64,000 nucleotides of DNA from Candidatus Multivoradales bacterium (GTDB lineage Bacteria > Acidobacteriota > Thermoanaerobaculia > Multivoradales > JAHEKO01): the NCBI GenBank assembly GCA_965223155.1, contig CBDCVR010000015.1, forward strand, positions 896,001 to 960,000, read 5' to 3'. Below are positions 1 through 11,074 of this stretch, in pieces. The position numbers were made by a program, and so were the translations under genes. Position 1 is the stretch's first letter; each line of letters begins with the position of its first letter. A model generated the notes under the pieces. The model had not been told where the DNA came from. It did not search any database and saw only the letters and a program-made list of their open reading frames with translations.

Positions 1-547
1 GAGAAGGAATCGGGAGTCACGTTGACGATTGCCATCCACAGCGGGATGGGCGGCCGCGCGCGGCGAGCAAGCTCGAGAACCGTCGGTGCCGGACCGTCCT
101 TGGCGGTCCCGAGGGGCGGCCGCAGGCCGGGAGCCAGATGAGCCAGCGGGGTCAGAACAAACGACCGGGAGGCGAGATCGGAATGGGGCACGGTGAGGCG
201 CTCGGAGCGCGCGGCCCGATCGCCCCAGAGCAGGATGTCGACATCGAGCGCCCGTGGTGCCCAGCGCTCCGGACCGCGCTCGCCGGCCTCGGCCTCCACG
301 CTCTTGGCGACGTCCAGCCAGTGCTCGGGCGTGCCGTCGACCTCGCCCTCGACCACCAGATTGCGGTAGGGCCGGTTCCAGGACGAGGGCGAGCCCGCCG
401 GCAAGAGCGCGGGGGACTCGACAACCGGCGAGACACGGCAGCGCCGCAGTCCCGCCGCAATCAAGCGTTCGACGCCCAGGGCCAGGTGGCGGCGCCGGCC
501 GCCAAGATTCGAACCGAGACCGAGATACACCTTCACGCCGGCCGCGC

Positions 548-551
<4 letters not shown>
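1..551 (-). CDS. folKP: Bifunctional HPPK-dihydropteroate synthase (FolK-FolP fusion), runs off the window edge
   Basis: Not in the ORF track. Manual translation from GTG 551 (overlapping the NCS1 stop) or GTG 536 gives VYLGLGSNLG...ESPALLP...WNRPYRN...RWAPRALDVDILLWG...LTVPH...RSFVLTPL (HPPK motifs). It continues in frame to WMAIVNVTPDSF, the DHPS N-terminal motif. Confidence 0.9.
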
Positions 552-2002
<1,451 letters not shown>

Positions 2003-2030
2003 GGCCGGTCGAGGGAGGAGCGCCGCGACC

Positions 2031-3095
2031 CTATTCGGAGGGCCGCTCACCCACGACGGCCAGGTGTGTCCGCGCCTCCGACCGGGCAACAGACAGCCGG
2101 GAAATGCCGGCAATCCCGATCGAGGCCAGATCGACGACCTCCGTCCAGGCCTCTTCACCGCGAGCAGCGAGCAGCAGCTTCGAGCCCGAGCCCATCAGGA
2201 ATTGCCGGTCGCCCCACCAGGCGAAGTCCTCGACCTCGCCCGGGGTCCTTGTCAGAAGCTCGACTTCCCGGGACGCGAGATCGTAGGCGGCGATCGCCCA
2301 GGCGGCCGCATCGCGCTTGTCCACAAACGAGACCGCGCGCCGGCCCGGGACCCTGTGGAGCGCGCGCCCGATGTCGGTCGCCACGGTCTGACTCGTCCCC
2401 GAGCCGACCTCGGCCAGGACCAGCTCGTGCGGCGCCCCCAGAACGAAGAGAGCCAAGGTCTGCGGGTCGAGCCAGGCGTGATAGCCGACGGGCTGGATGG
2501 CCTCGAAGAGGAGCTCGGCTTCGCCGTCGCCCGGAAACCGCCACAGACGCTGGGTGCCATCCGCCTCGACGCGCACCGTCGAGAATCCGTCACCGTCTCC
2601 GGCGGGGGTCGGCGAGTACTCGCTCTCAGTGGTGTCGGTGACCCGGCTCACCTCGCCGTCCGCCAGCGAATACCTGAAAACGTCCGTCTGCTCGCCCTGC
2701 TGAGAAGTGAAGAGTAGGCTCGCGCCTCCGGGCTCGAAATAGGGCTGGTTGTCGTAGTGTGGCCGGTCGGTGATTCGTCGCGAATCGCGCACGCTCCAGG
2801 GCTGAGAGTTGGTATCGAGCTCGACCAGCCAGATGTCGGTCGTCGGAGGGGCGGGCGGTGCCTCCTCGGTTTCCTCCTGCGACCCGGCAGCCGAATCGGC
2901 AATGGACTCGGCAGCGGGCTCGGCCGTGGACTTTCCCTCTTCGGCCGGCTCGCTCGTAACCGCCGCTTGGTCCAGCACCGGGGTCGAAACCGCCGCGCCC
3001 TTCCCGGACGCCTCCGGAGAGTCCGAACCGGCACCGGCACACCCGGCAACGATCAGGGCCGCCAGAGCCAGTCTCCACGAGGTTCCGAGCTTCAT
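2031..3095 (-). CDS. Lipoprotein with TolB-like/PD40 beta-propeller
   Basis: Lipobox IVAGC, low-complexity linker, then YDNQPYF...QTDVFRY...ESEYSPTP...VGYHAW propeller blades. Confidence 0.7.
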   Translation of the reverse strand: MKLGTSWRLALAALIVAGCAGAGSDSPEASGKGAAVSTPVLDQAAVTSEPAEEGKSTAEPAAESIADSAAGSQEETEEAPPAPPTTDIWLVELDTNSQPWSVRDSRRITDRPHYDNQPYFEPGGASLLFTSQQGEQTDVFRYSLADGEVSRVTDTTESEYSPTPAGDGDGFSTVRVEADGTQRLWRFPGDGEAELLFEAIQPVGYHAWLDPQTLALFVLGAPHELVLAEVGSGTSQTVATDIGRALHRVPGRRAVSFVDKRDAAAWAIAAYDLASREVELLTRTPGEVEDFAWWGDRQFLMGSGSKLLLAARGEEAWTEVVDLASIGIAGISRLSVARSEARTHLAVVGERPSE

Positions 3096-3478
3096 GGAGT
3101 GCCTACCGCCTCGTCGGTATCGGTGACCGGCAGAACCTCGGCTCGCGCGGCGAGCAGGTACCCTTGGGCACGGATCGAAACCTCGGCTCCTTCGGGAATC
3201 TGATACCCACCGAGCTTCTTCCAGCCCACTTCCAGGGTGTCACCGGCCGCCAACTGCGCCTCCCGATGGGTAATCTCGCCGTTGGCGGAGACGATCATGA
3301 TCTCGAGCTCCGCCAGCGGTTCGGTGCCGAGATTGTGAATTCGCAAGATGTGCCCGGCCCCGAGTAACGAGTCCCGAACCGTAATCTCGACCGGCGGCGA
3401 CTCGGCGGCGACGCCACAGGCGAGAACGGCTCCGGCCAGGACGGCAAGCGCCACCACAAGACAAGCTCTAGATTGCAT
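3092..3478 (-). CDS. Hypothetical exported (lipo)protein
   Basis: Hydrophobic N-terminus with VLAC lipobox; stop overlaps the next start; -10-like TACGAT 6 nt upstream of ATG. Confidence 0.6.
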   Translation of the reverse strand: MQSRACLVVALAVLAGAVLACGVAAESPPVEITVRDSLLGAGHILRIHNLGTEPLAELEIMIVSANGEITHREAQLAAGDTLEVGWKKLGGYQIPEGAEVSIRAQGYLLAARAEVLPVTDTDEAVGTP

Positions 3479-3528
3479 CCTGGAATCGTAGCAAAGGGCT
3501 CGCGCCGCCGGGCTCGTGGCAGATTCTT

Positions 3529-3554
3529 GGAACCGTTTGGGTCAGATTGGCGTC
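3529..3554 (+). promoter_or_regulatory. Candidate ECF-sigma promoter (GGAAC-N17-CGTC)
   Basis: GGAAC 3529-3533 and CGTC 3551-3554 in the intergenic region upstream of the 66-aa gene. Confidence 0.3.
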
Positions 3555-3625
3555 CAAAGGACTAGAGGGACGTGCATGAACGGCACGATAGAGCTGCTCG
3601 GGTGCCACTGGAAGGCGGCTTCGCC

Positions 3626-3641
3626 GGGCAACTGGCTTGCA
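3626..3641 (+). promoter_or_regulatory. Candidate sigma54 (-24/-12) promoter
   Basis: gGGCAACTGGCTTGCA: GG (3627-3628) and GC (3639-3640) exactly 10 nt apart, with TTGCA, about 45 nt upstream of GTG 3685. Confidence 0.35.
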
Positions 3642-3684
3642 TAGAAATCCTCTTTGGACATCTGCCCTTGGCGAGTGAAGAGCG

Positions 3685-3885
3685 GTGCGCTACCCGGACA
3701 TCTCCGTGCAGACCGAAAGCGAGAACCCGCTTGCCTTGGTCGCGGCGGTGCGCCACGAGCTGCGCCAAGCGGGAATCGATCGCGGAGAGATCGAGCGGTT
3801 TTCCGAAGAAGCCCTGAGTCAGCCGCGCGATCAAGAAATCCGCGACGTCTGCCAGGCCTGGGTCAACCTGAGCAAGTCAGCCTAG
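3685..3885 (+). CDS. Small helical hypothetical protein (66 aa)
   Basis: Good codon usage; NPLALVAAVRHELRQAG...EIERFSEEA...VCQAWV pattern resembles a small conserved phage/bacterial helical family (recalled, not searched). Confidence 0.6.
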   Translation: MRYPDISVQTESENPLALVAAVRHELRQAGIDRGEIERFSEEALSQPRDQEIRDVCQAWVNLSKSA

Positions 3886-3900
3886 CCGGCCTCGCCCGGC

Positions 3901-4530
3901 TCAGTCCGACTGGAGGCCGTAGACGAAGGCCGCCAGCGCTCCGCCCAGGAGCGGCATGGCGATGTAGATCCAAAGATCGGCCAGGGAACCGCCCCCGAAC
4001 ATGGCCCGCACCAGGCTCGGCCCGACGCCAACCGCCGGGTTGAAGGCGGCGCCGGAGATGCCGCCGGCGGCGATCGCTCCCGCGGCCACGGTGAAGCCGA
4101 TCGCCAGGCCGTAGTACGAGTTGCCCTCGGTCCTCGGCGAGGTCGCGACCTGCAGGACCACCAGAGCCAAAGCGAAGGTAAAGAGGAGCTCGGCCAGCAA
4201 GACCGCCGAAGCGCCCGCTGCCGGGTTCGGAGCCGGCGCGAAGGTCGTGCCGGTCATTGCGTACACCGCCAGCGCGGCGGCTAGCGCTCCGACGATCTGG
4301 GCCACCACGTACTTGGCGAACTCGGCCCCCGAGAGCTTGCCCCGCATCATGACCGCCAGGCTCACCGCCGGGTTGTAGTGGGCTCCCGAGATGTGCCCGC
4401 CCATGTAGATCATCACCATCAGCGTCGCCCCGATGGCGATCGGCGCCAGCGAGGTCCCGCTCCAAGCGGTCAGCCCGATCGTCAAGACGAGAAAAAATGT
4501 CCCGATGGTCTCCGTCAGATAGCGCTGCAT
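3901..4530 (-). CDS. Aquaporin / MIP channel
   Basis: Two NPA motifs (ISGAHYNPAV, SGAAFNPAV), 6 TM segments, AGGAGG RBS before ATG 4530. Confidence 0.92.
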   Translation of the reverse strand: MQRYLTETIGTFFLVLTIGLTAWSGTSLAPIAIGATLMVMIYMGGHISGAHYNPAVSLAVMMRGKLSGAEFAKYVVAQIVGALAAALAVYAMTGTTFAPAPNPAAGASAVLLAELLFTFALALVVLQVATSPRTEGNSYYGLAIGFTVAAGAIAAGGISGAAFNPAVGVGPSLVRAMFGGGSLADLWIYIAMPLLGGALAAFVYGLQSD

Positions 4531-4747
4531 CGTCCCTCCTTGAGGCCTTCGGCCCCTGCGTTTGCTTGCGGCCATTGTCCCATGCTCACCGATGTAGCCT
4601 CAACCGACGAAACCGTTGAATCCAAGCAACTTAGCCGCCCACTGCCTGTGGTACGCTCCATAGCTCGCCCTCGTCGAGCCAGGGTACGCTTGTCTTTTCC
4701 GAGGCGAGGCGTGCCAGCTCCGCGACGGGCGTCCGCCCGAGGCCACG

Positions 4748-5914
4748 ATGACCCAAGCCCTGCCGAAGCAATATATCCAGGTGGGCGAGCACCAGGTTTC
4801 CTTGCCACCGGGCGTAACCGTAACGGACTGGGCGCTCGAGAAAGTCCGCATCCAGAACCCGCGGATTCGCGCCTATCTGGGCTCATTGCGACTCCTGGAG
4901 CAGACCAACGAGAGCAACTACGCCATCCTGCACTGTTCTCCGGGCCGCCTGCTCCAGATCTGGAGGCGAGTTCGCCGCGTCTGCAAGATGATGCAGACCC
5001 AGCTTGCGCCCACCCTCGGCGAAGCCTCATCGATCCCAGCGCTCGATACCGCCCGCCGCAACGCCGAGCTCTCGTACGTAGCTCTCAACAACACCGTCGT
5101 ACAGAAGCTCGAGCGCTACCCCTACAAGATCGAAGAAGACGATCTGCCGCAGGTGCGGCGGCTCTTATGCCGGTCGATCGGCAAGATCTACTCCTTCCTC
5201 CGGGATACCTTCGGAGAGATCGTCGCCGCGGACCCCCGCAGCCTGCACGACTCCGACTACTACCTTTCGAAACGGTTCCCCCAGGACATCGAGGAGGCCG
5301 AGTGGCTCTATGCCTCGGTCGACAAGCTCAACGACTACCTGCAAGAGGTCGGTCGTGTCCTGATGCGGGATCTCCAACGGATGGCCAAGCGCCTTCGCGA
5401 CGAGCCGCAGCTGCCCTCGCCCACGTCCTGGTACTACGTCGACCGTTTTCTGGTCGAGCTCATCGAGGGACTCTCTCCGATGCTCAAGGAGATGCTGGCG
5501 ATGACCGGCATCCGCTACGATGAGATGGAGCCACTCGACGACTACGCGTTCCGGATTCCGCACAACTGTCATCAGCTCAAGGACTCCTACCGCTTGGGCC
5601 GGCAGCTCATCGACGAGATCAAGCAGCGCGAGGTCAGCAGCTTTGCCGAGCGCGAGCGGCTGGTCGAGGACCTTCTCGCCTGCCATCGCGTCCTGAGCTC
5701 CCATCTTCTCGGCAGCATGCAGCGCGTCGAGCAAGCGGTCCAGGACCTTCTGGCCTACGTACCGATCTGGCTCGACGCCATCGAGAAACGCCGTGCCCTG
5801 ATGCTGACCAAGAGCCCGGAGGATCTTCCCCAGCGGGCGACCCGGCAGAGCCGCGCGGTGGCCGCCACCGAGCGGCCCAAACTCGTCGATCTGAATCAGC
5901 TCCAGAGCGCCTGA
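4748..5914 (+). CDS. Hypothetical all-alpha cytoplasmic protein (388 aa)
   Basis: Long ORF with strong GC3 bias and natural composition; no motif recognised. Confidence 0.75.
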   Translation: MTQALPKQYIQVGEHQVSLPPGVTVTDWALEKVRIQNPRIRAYLGSLRLLEQTNESNYAILHCSPGRLLQIWRRVRRVCKMMQTQLAPTLGEASSIPALDTARRNAELSYVALNNTVVQKLERYPYKIEEDDLPQVRRLLCRSIGKIYSFLRDTFGEIVAADPRSLHDSDYYLSKRFPQDIEEAEWLYASVDKLNDYLQEVGRVLMRDLQRMAKRLRDEPQLPSPTSWYYVDRFLVELIEGLSPMLKEMLAMTGIRYDEMEPLDDYAFRIPHNCHQLKDSYRLGRQLIDEIKQREVSSFAERERLVEDLLACHRVLSSHLLGSMQRVEQAVQDLLAYVPIWLDAIEKRRALMLTKSPEDLPQRATRQSRAVAATERPKLVDLNQLQSA

Positions 5915-5923
5915 GAGCAACCC

Positions 5924-7057
5924 TCAGGCGGGCTCGACCGCGAGCCTCAGGATCCGCACGCGGCCCGAACCCTCGAAATACAGCCCGGCACGGCCGACGT
6001 CGCCGGTGGCTTCGTGGCCGTGCACAACGACCTCGTCGCCGACCAACCCCTTGAGATGCTTGCCGACCGACGAGACGGAAAGCTCGAGGCGGCCGTCGGG
6101 GGCCGCGATCCGGCCCGAAGCCAGGGTCGTCCGATCACCTCCGTCGCGGGCAACCAAGGCCACGCCGCCGTCCGGGCCGAGCGCGAACCAGTGACCCCGC
6201 GCCACGCCCTCGACGTGATGCGCGAGCCCGATTGCCCCCCGGAAGGTCTCGACCTCCAGGGTCGCCTCGACCCGAAGATCACCGAATCGCTGCGGAAAAA
6301 GCAGCATGGTGGCGCCGGCAAAATCGACCACCAGGCCGTCGCGGACCGACCCCTGCCCCCCCACTTCGGAACCCGGCATCTCGGGCACCGCCGCCAGGGT
6401 TCCGCCCTCGGCGGCCAGCACCATGACCGAATCCAGAGCAACGACGTCGTTCGCCCGTGGCGTCCAGACCCAGCCGTCGCCCAGAGGGCGTAATCGATCG
6501 GCCGGGGTCGCCTCGGCGTCAAGAGCAACCGTGCCCGGCATGACCTCTTCGGACGGGCCGCCCTCCGGCAGCGCGCCCTGGACGCCCAGACCGTGTCGGT
6601 AGACCAGGCGCCCCCCGTGCTCGGCAGTCTCGAGCAGAAAGAAGAGGCCGACGCCCGCCGCGAGCAGCAGCACCAGCCGCACCGGGCGTAACGTGACCCG
6701 CGGGCTGGTGCGATCTCTGAGCGTCACCGCCAACCGCAGGACGGCCAGGCCGGCGAATAGGTAGATCGCACGGTGCGCCCAGTCGCTGTGGCTGGTGACC
6801 TCGCGCTCGATCGCGAGCGGCAAGCTGCCGAAGTCCTCGGCGGCGTGCTCTCCCGTTTCCATCGCCCACCAGCCGATCGCGGTTCCCAAGACATAGAACG
6901 GCAGCGCGACCCGATCGAACCAGCGCCGGGCGAAGAGCACGGCACCGGCATCCAGGAGGGCTCCGAGCGGCAACAGCGCCAGGGGAAAGTGCACCAGCAC
7001 TGGATGGATGTTGGGCAGAGCACTCTCGGCCAGGAACCGCTCGATGAGCTCGGGCAT
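5924..7057 (-). CDS. DUF2231-type membrane protein fused to a C-terminal beta-sandwich domain
   Basis: HPVLVHFPLAL, TGEHAA, H..WA and TAEHGGRLVYRHGLGV are typical DUF2231 His motifs, followed by a beta-rich C-terminal domain. Confidence 0.75.
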   Translation of the reverse strand: MPELIERFLAESALPNIHPVLVHFPLALLPLGALLDAGAVLFARRWFDRVALPFYVLGTAIGWWAMETGEHAAEDFGSLPLAIEREVTSHSDWAHRAIYLFAGLAVLRLAVTLRDRTSPRVTLRPVRLVLLLAAGVGLFFLLETAEHGGRLVYRHGLGVQGALPEGGPSEEVMPGTVALDAEATPADRLRPLGDGWVWTPRANDVVALDSVMVLAAEGGTLAAVPEMPGSEVGGQGSVRDGLVVDFAGATMLLFPQRFGDLRVEATLEVETFRGAIGLAHHVEGVARGHWFALGPDGGVALVARDGGDRTTLASGRIAAPDGRLELSVSSVGKHLKGLVGDEVVVHGHEATGDVGRAGLYFEGSGRVRILRLAVEPA

Positions 7058-7125
7058 GCTCTCCGGATGCTACTACGCTGTCTGAATCCGAGTCCGAATC
7101 CGAGCCGGCGCAGCCGATCGGCCGG

Positions 7126-7581
7126 CTAGAGCACTTCGAAGTCTTCGGTCCGGACCAATCGATCGAGGGCTTGCGAGAGCTTCGGAGGCGGCGCCACCAG
7201 CTTCCTCGCGGCCAGGTCCATCCAACCGCCGTCGGTGTGAATCGTCGCCGCCAGCGCGCCGTCGCGCCGGAAGATTCGGTGCGCCAGCCGGAACCGGCTC
7301 TGGTCCGGCCGCGCCGCCGCCAGCCGGTAGTCGACGGTAACGGTGTCGTCGATCCCGACTTCCTTCAGATAGTGAATCTCCTCACGCAGGATCACCGGGC
7401 CGAGATTCGCCCGCGCGAACTCGGCGGGCGGGAAGCCGTGGTCGGCGAGGAAGCAAAATCGCACGTGGGTCGCGAAGTCCATGTAGGCCGTGTTGCACAC
7501 GTGCCGGTTGGCATCGAGGTGAGCCCATTGCACCTCGAAGGACTCGGCGTACGGTTCGGGCTCCGAGTCGCTACCAGGCAA
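7126..7581 (-). CDS. Acyl-CoA thioesterase (4HBT/hot-dog fold)
   Basis: VQWAHLDANRHVCNTAYMDF motif; probable TTG start at 7581 overlapping the ggt end. Confidence 0.8.
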   Translation of the reverse strand: MPGSDSEPEPYAESFEVQWAHLDANRHVCNTAYMDFATHVRFCFLADHGFPPAEFARANLGPVILREEIHYLKEVGIDDTVTVDYRLAAARPDQSRFRLAHRIFRRDGALAATIHTDGGWMDLAARKLVAPPPKLSQALDRLVRTEDFEVL

Positions 7582-9451
7582 CGCCGTAGTCCTCGCCGAA
7601 GTCGCTGGCGGCGCCCCACAACGATCCGTGCTCGCGATCGAAGTAGATCGCCGTGATCGGTCCCGAGGTGCGTCGGCGGGTCTCGACCCGGTAGCCCCTG
7701 GCGGCCAGCCGTGCCCGCACCCAGGCGGGCACGTCGTCCCGCACCACCAGGCGGCCGGGCTCGGACTTGTGGGCACCGAACGACGACTGCATCTGATAGC
7801 TGGTGACGTTCGCGGCCTCGGCCGCCTGCTGCACGTTCATCCCGAACTCGACGACGTTCAAGAAGAACTGGAGCAGGTTCTGATCCTGGGTGTCGCCACC
7901 CTGGACGGCGAACGACAGGAAAGGCCGGCCGTCTTTGAGCGCCATGCCCGGCGTCAGCGTCGCCCGCGGCCGCTTGCCCGGAGCCACCAGGTTGTACGGG
8001 TTCATGCGCTCGTCCAAGACAAAGCTCTGCATGCGCTGGGACAGCCCGATGCCGGTCGAGCCCGCGATGAACGCCGGGATCCACGCCCCCGAAGGCGTGA
8101 TCGAGACCACCCAGCCCTCGGCATCGGCGGCCTGAATCGAAGTCGTTCCGGCCACGAAGGCCTCATCCGGCTCGAGTAGAAGCGACTGCTGGAATCCCTC
8201 CTCGCCCTCGGCCTCAGCCGACGGCGGGATCGGCGTCCAGCGCTCGAGAAGGGCGGGGAAGGGATGCTCGCCGGGCTGGAACTCGTAGGGGTTGCCCGGC
8301 TTCACGGTCTCGTCGTTTCTCTCCCAGTCGATCGTCTCGAAGCGGGCGCGCGCGTAAGCCTTCGAGAGCAGGCCTTGGATCGGCTCGTCAGGCGCAACGT
8401 AGGGATCGCCGTAGTAGAAGTCCCGATCGGCAAAGGCCAGGTTCATGGCCTGGTAAAGGGCGTGGATATAGGCCGCCGAGTTGTAGCCCAGGGCCGCCAG
8501 ATCCAGGTTCTCGAGGATATTGAGTGCTTGCAGCATCACCGGGCCTTGGACCCAATGCGTCAGCTTGTAGACGTCGACGTCCTTGTAACGGGTGTGGACC
8601 GGCTCTTCGACGTGAATGCGCCAGTTCGAAAGGTCGTCCTTGGTGATGAGGCCGCCGTGCTCCTGGGTCGCGCGCACAAGCTCTGCGGCGATGTCGCCGT
8701 GGTAGAAGCGGGCATAGGCCGCCTGAATCGCCTGCTTGCGGCTCTTGCCCGCGGCCAGAGCCTCGGATTCAGCTTCGACCAGCTTCTCCAGGGTGCGCTT
8801 GAGATCCGGCTGGCGAAAGATCTCCCCCGGCTTCGGCGCCGCCCGGCGCTCCGGATCTTCGTCGTCCCAGTGCGGCAGAAAGATCCGCTTCGAGTCGGGC
8901 CACTGCGCCAGGATCTCGCGCCGCCGCTCCATGTTGTCGGCCTGGGCCGCCTCGATCGGATATCCCTCGGCCATCTTGATCGCCGGTTCGAGCACCTCGG
9001 CCAGACTCAGGGTGCCGTACTCGGCCAGCATCAAGAGCAGACCGCCCGGGGTACCGGGCGTGACCGCGGCCAGCGGGCCGAACTCGGGAGGGTAGACCAT
9101 GCCGCGGTTCTTGAAGAACTCGACCGTCGCCCCGGTCGGCGCGACCCCGAGAGCGTTGATGCCGATGACCTTCTTCTCGCCGGGGTGGTAGATGAGTGCC
9201 TGGGTCTCGCCGCCCCATCCCAAGGTGTCCCACATCGTCGAAGTTGCCGCCAGCATGGCGCAGGCCGCGTCCACCGCGTTGCCACCCCGGGCAAACGTGG
9301 TCGCGCCGGCGGTCGCGGCCAGCGGCTTGCCGGTGATGGCCACCCAATGCTTGCCATGGAGTACCGGCTTGATCGTACGTTGCGCGAGGACGGGGGTCGC
9401 GGCAACGAACACCGCGGCCGCGATCCCAAAGATTTTCGTGGTTCGAGTCAT
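7571..9451 (-). CDS. ggt: Secreted gamma-glutamyltransferase
   Basis: Signal peptide; GGNAVDAA, VTPGTPGG, LAFADRDFYYGDP, nucleophile GTTSIQAAD, PGKRPR, GGDTQDQ. Confidence 0.92.
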   Translation of the reverse strand: MTRTTKIFGIAAAVFVAATPVLAQRTIKPVLHGKHWVAITGKPLAATAGATTFARGGNAVDAACAMLAATSTMWDTLGWGGETQALIYHPGEKKVIGINALGVAPTGATVEFFKNRGMVYPPEFGPLAAVTPGTPGGLLLMLAEYGTLSLAEVLEPAIKMAEGYPIEAAQADNMERRREILAQWPDSKRIFLPHWDDEDPERRAAPKPGEIFRQPDLKRTLEKLVEAESEALAAGKSRKQAIQAAYARFYHGDIAAELVRATQEHGGLITKDDLSNWRIHVEEPVHTRYKDVDVYKLTHWVQGPVMLQALNILENLDLAALGYNSAAYIHALYQAMNLAFADRDFYYGDPYVAPDEPIQGLLSKAYARARFETIDWERNDETVKPGNPYEFQPGEHPFPALLERWTPIPPSAEAEGEEGFQQSLLLEPDEAFVAGTTSIQAADAEGWVVSITPSGAWIPAFIAGSTGIGLSQRMQSFVLDERMNPYNLVAPGKRPRATLTPGMALKDGRPFLSFAVQGGDTQDQNLLQFFLNVVEFGMNVQQAAEAANVTSYQMQSSFGAHKSEPGRLVVRDDVPAWVRARLAARGYRVETRRRTSGPITAIYFDREHGSLWGAASDFGEDYGVAW

Positions 9452-9632
9452 ACCAGGGATTCTATGTCTCGACCGCCCGGTGGTGGTGCCCGGGCGCCCG
9501 GGATGCCGCGTTGGCTCGAGACGTCGGGCGGGTTGGCGCGGCGTGGCACCGATGCCAGCGCTCGACAGTCTCGGGCTGGGGCCAGTGCGTTTGCAACCGT
9601 CCGGTATCCTTGCGCGCCAAAGGAGGCCCTAG

Positions 9633-10985
9633 ATGCACTCGAAACCGCGCCGCGCCGCAGCCCTCGCGCTGCTCTTTAGTCTGACTCTCGCGTCGTCGCC
9701 CGGCGCCGCTCAAGGTCTCAAGGCACTGGTGGGCGGCACCCTGATCGACGGCTTTGGCTCTCATCCCATCTTCAACAGCGTCATCGTCATCGACGGCGAG
9801 CGCATCGCTGCGGTCGGCACCATCGACACCCTGGACATCCCCGAAGGCGCCGAAGTGATCTCGACCGAAGGCATGACCGTCTTGCCCGGCCTCTGGGACA
9901 TGCACGTCCACTTGATGATCAACGGCCACGCCGACTACGACCACTGGGACCGGACGTATCCGGACCAATTCGCCAGCGTCATCATGCCGGCTTCGGCCCA
10001 TCAGCTCTTGCTCGCCGGCGTCACCAGCGCCCGTGACTTAGGCGCGGGCCTCGAAGATTCGATCTCGGTACGGGACCGCATCAACCGCGGTGAGATCCCG
10101 GGTCCGACGATGTACATGTCTGGACCCTTCATCCAACACGAGCCTTACCCCGGCACCGAGCTTTTTCGCTGGGGCGTGTCGGGAGCCGCGGACGCCCGCG
10201 CCAAGGTCAAGAAGTTGGCCGACGCCGGGGTCGACGTCATCAAATTGATCGACCAGGACCAGATGACCATGGAGGAAGTGCGGGCGGTGGTCGACGAGGC
10301 CCACAAGCACGGCCTGCCGATTGCCGCGCACTCGCATCGGCCGGAGGAGATTCGGCGGGGGCTCGCAGCCGGCGTCGACTGCTTCGAGCACACCGGGCTC
10401 TCGACCGCACCCGAGTATCCGGCCGACGTCATGGAGAAGATCAAGGAGCGAACCGCTCAGATGAACATCGGACCGCTCTACTGGACGCCCACGGTCGAAG
10501 GTCTTTTCAACTACGACTACACCCGCGACTACCCGGAAAAGCTCGACGGGACTTCCTGGCACCTGGGCCTGCCCGAGGCGATCATCCTGGACATCAAGAA
10601 CTCCTTCAAGCACCCGGACCGCCTGCCGTACTTCCAGATCACCTCGGACCGCAAGCCGACGTTGAAGCGCAAGATCTCCCAGCTTCGGAAGGCCGGGGTC
10701 AAGCTCTTGATCGGCACCGACAGCGGCATCCCGATGAAGTTTCATTCCCAGTCCACCTGGAACGAGCTCGACATCTGGGTCCGGGAGATGGGAATCCCGG
10801 TCATGGAGGCGATCCGCTCGGCTACCTACTGGCCGGCCAAGCACATGGGCGTCGAAGCCGACTACGGCACGGTCTCGGAAGGCAAGTACGCCGACATCAT
10901 CGCCGTCCGGGGCGACGTCCTGCGCTACGTCAACCTGCTCCAGCGGGTCGATCTCGTCATCAAGCACGGCAAGCGCTACAAGTAG
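9633..10985 (+). CDS. Secreted metal-dependent amidohydrolase (Xaa-Pro dipeptidase-like)
   Basis: Signal peptide; LPGLWDMHVH, GVTSARDLG, AAHSH, FEH, IGTDSG, GKYADIIAV; AGGAGG RBS. Confidence 0.88.
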   Translation: MHSKPRRAAALALLFSLTLASSPGAAQGLKALVGGTLIDGFGSHPIFNSVIVIDGERIAAVGTIDTLDIPEGAEVISTEGMTVLPGLWDMHVHLMINGHADYDHWDRTYPDQFASVIMPASAHQLLLAGVTSARDLGAGLEDSISVRDRINRGEIPGPTMYMSGPFIQHEPYPGTELFRWGVSGAADARAKVKKLADAGVDVIKLIDQDQMTMEEVRAVVDEAHKHGLPIAAHSHRPEEIRRGLAAGVDCFEHTGLSTAPEYPADVMEKIKERTAQMNIGPLYWTPTVEGLFNYDYTRDYPEKLDGTSWHLGLPEAIILDIKNSFKHPDRLPYFQITSDRKPTLKRKISQLRKAGVKLLIGTDSGIPMKFHSQSTWNELDIWVREMGIPVMEAIRSATYWPAKHMGVEADYGTVSEGKYADIIAVRGDVLRYVNLLQRVDLVIKHGKRYK

Positions 10986-11007
10986 CACCGGCAGCGAGCG
11001 GTGACTC

Positions 11008-11043
11008 AAAAATTGGCGCCGCCGGGAAGTTTCCGGCGGCGCC
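11008..11043. terminator. Intrinsic terminator hairpin between convergent genes
   Basis: GGCGCCGCCGG (11015-11025) / CCGGCGGCGCC (11033-11043) perfect 11-bp stem; the adjacent AAAAATT gives a U-tract on the minus strand. Confidence 0.75.
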
Positions 11044-11074
11044 CTGGTGAATCCACCTTGCTCGGGGGGGGTTG

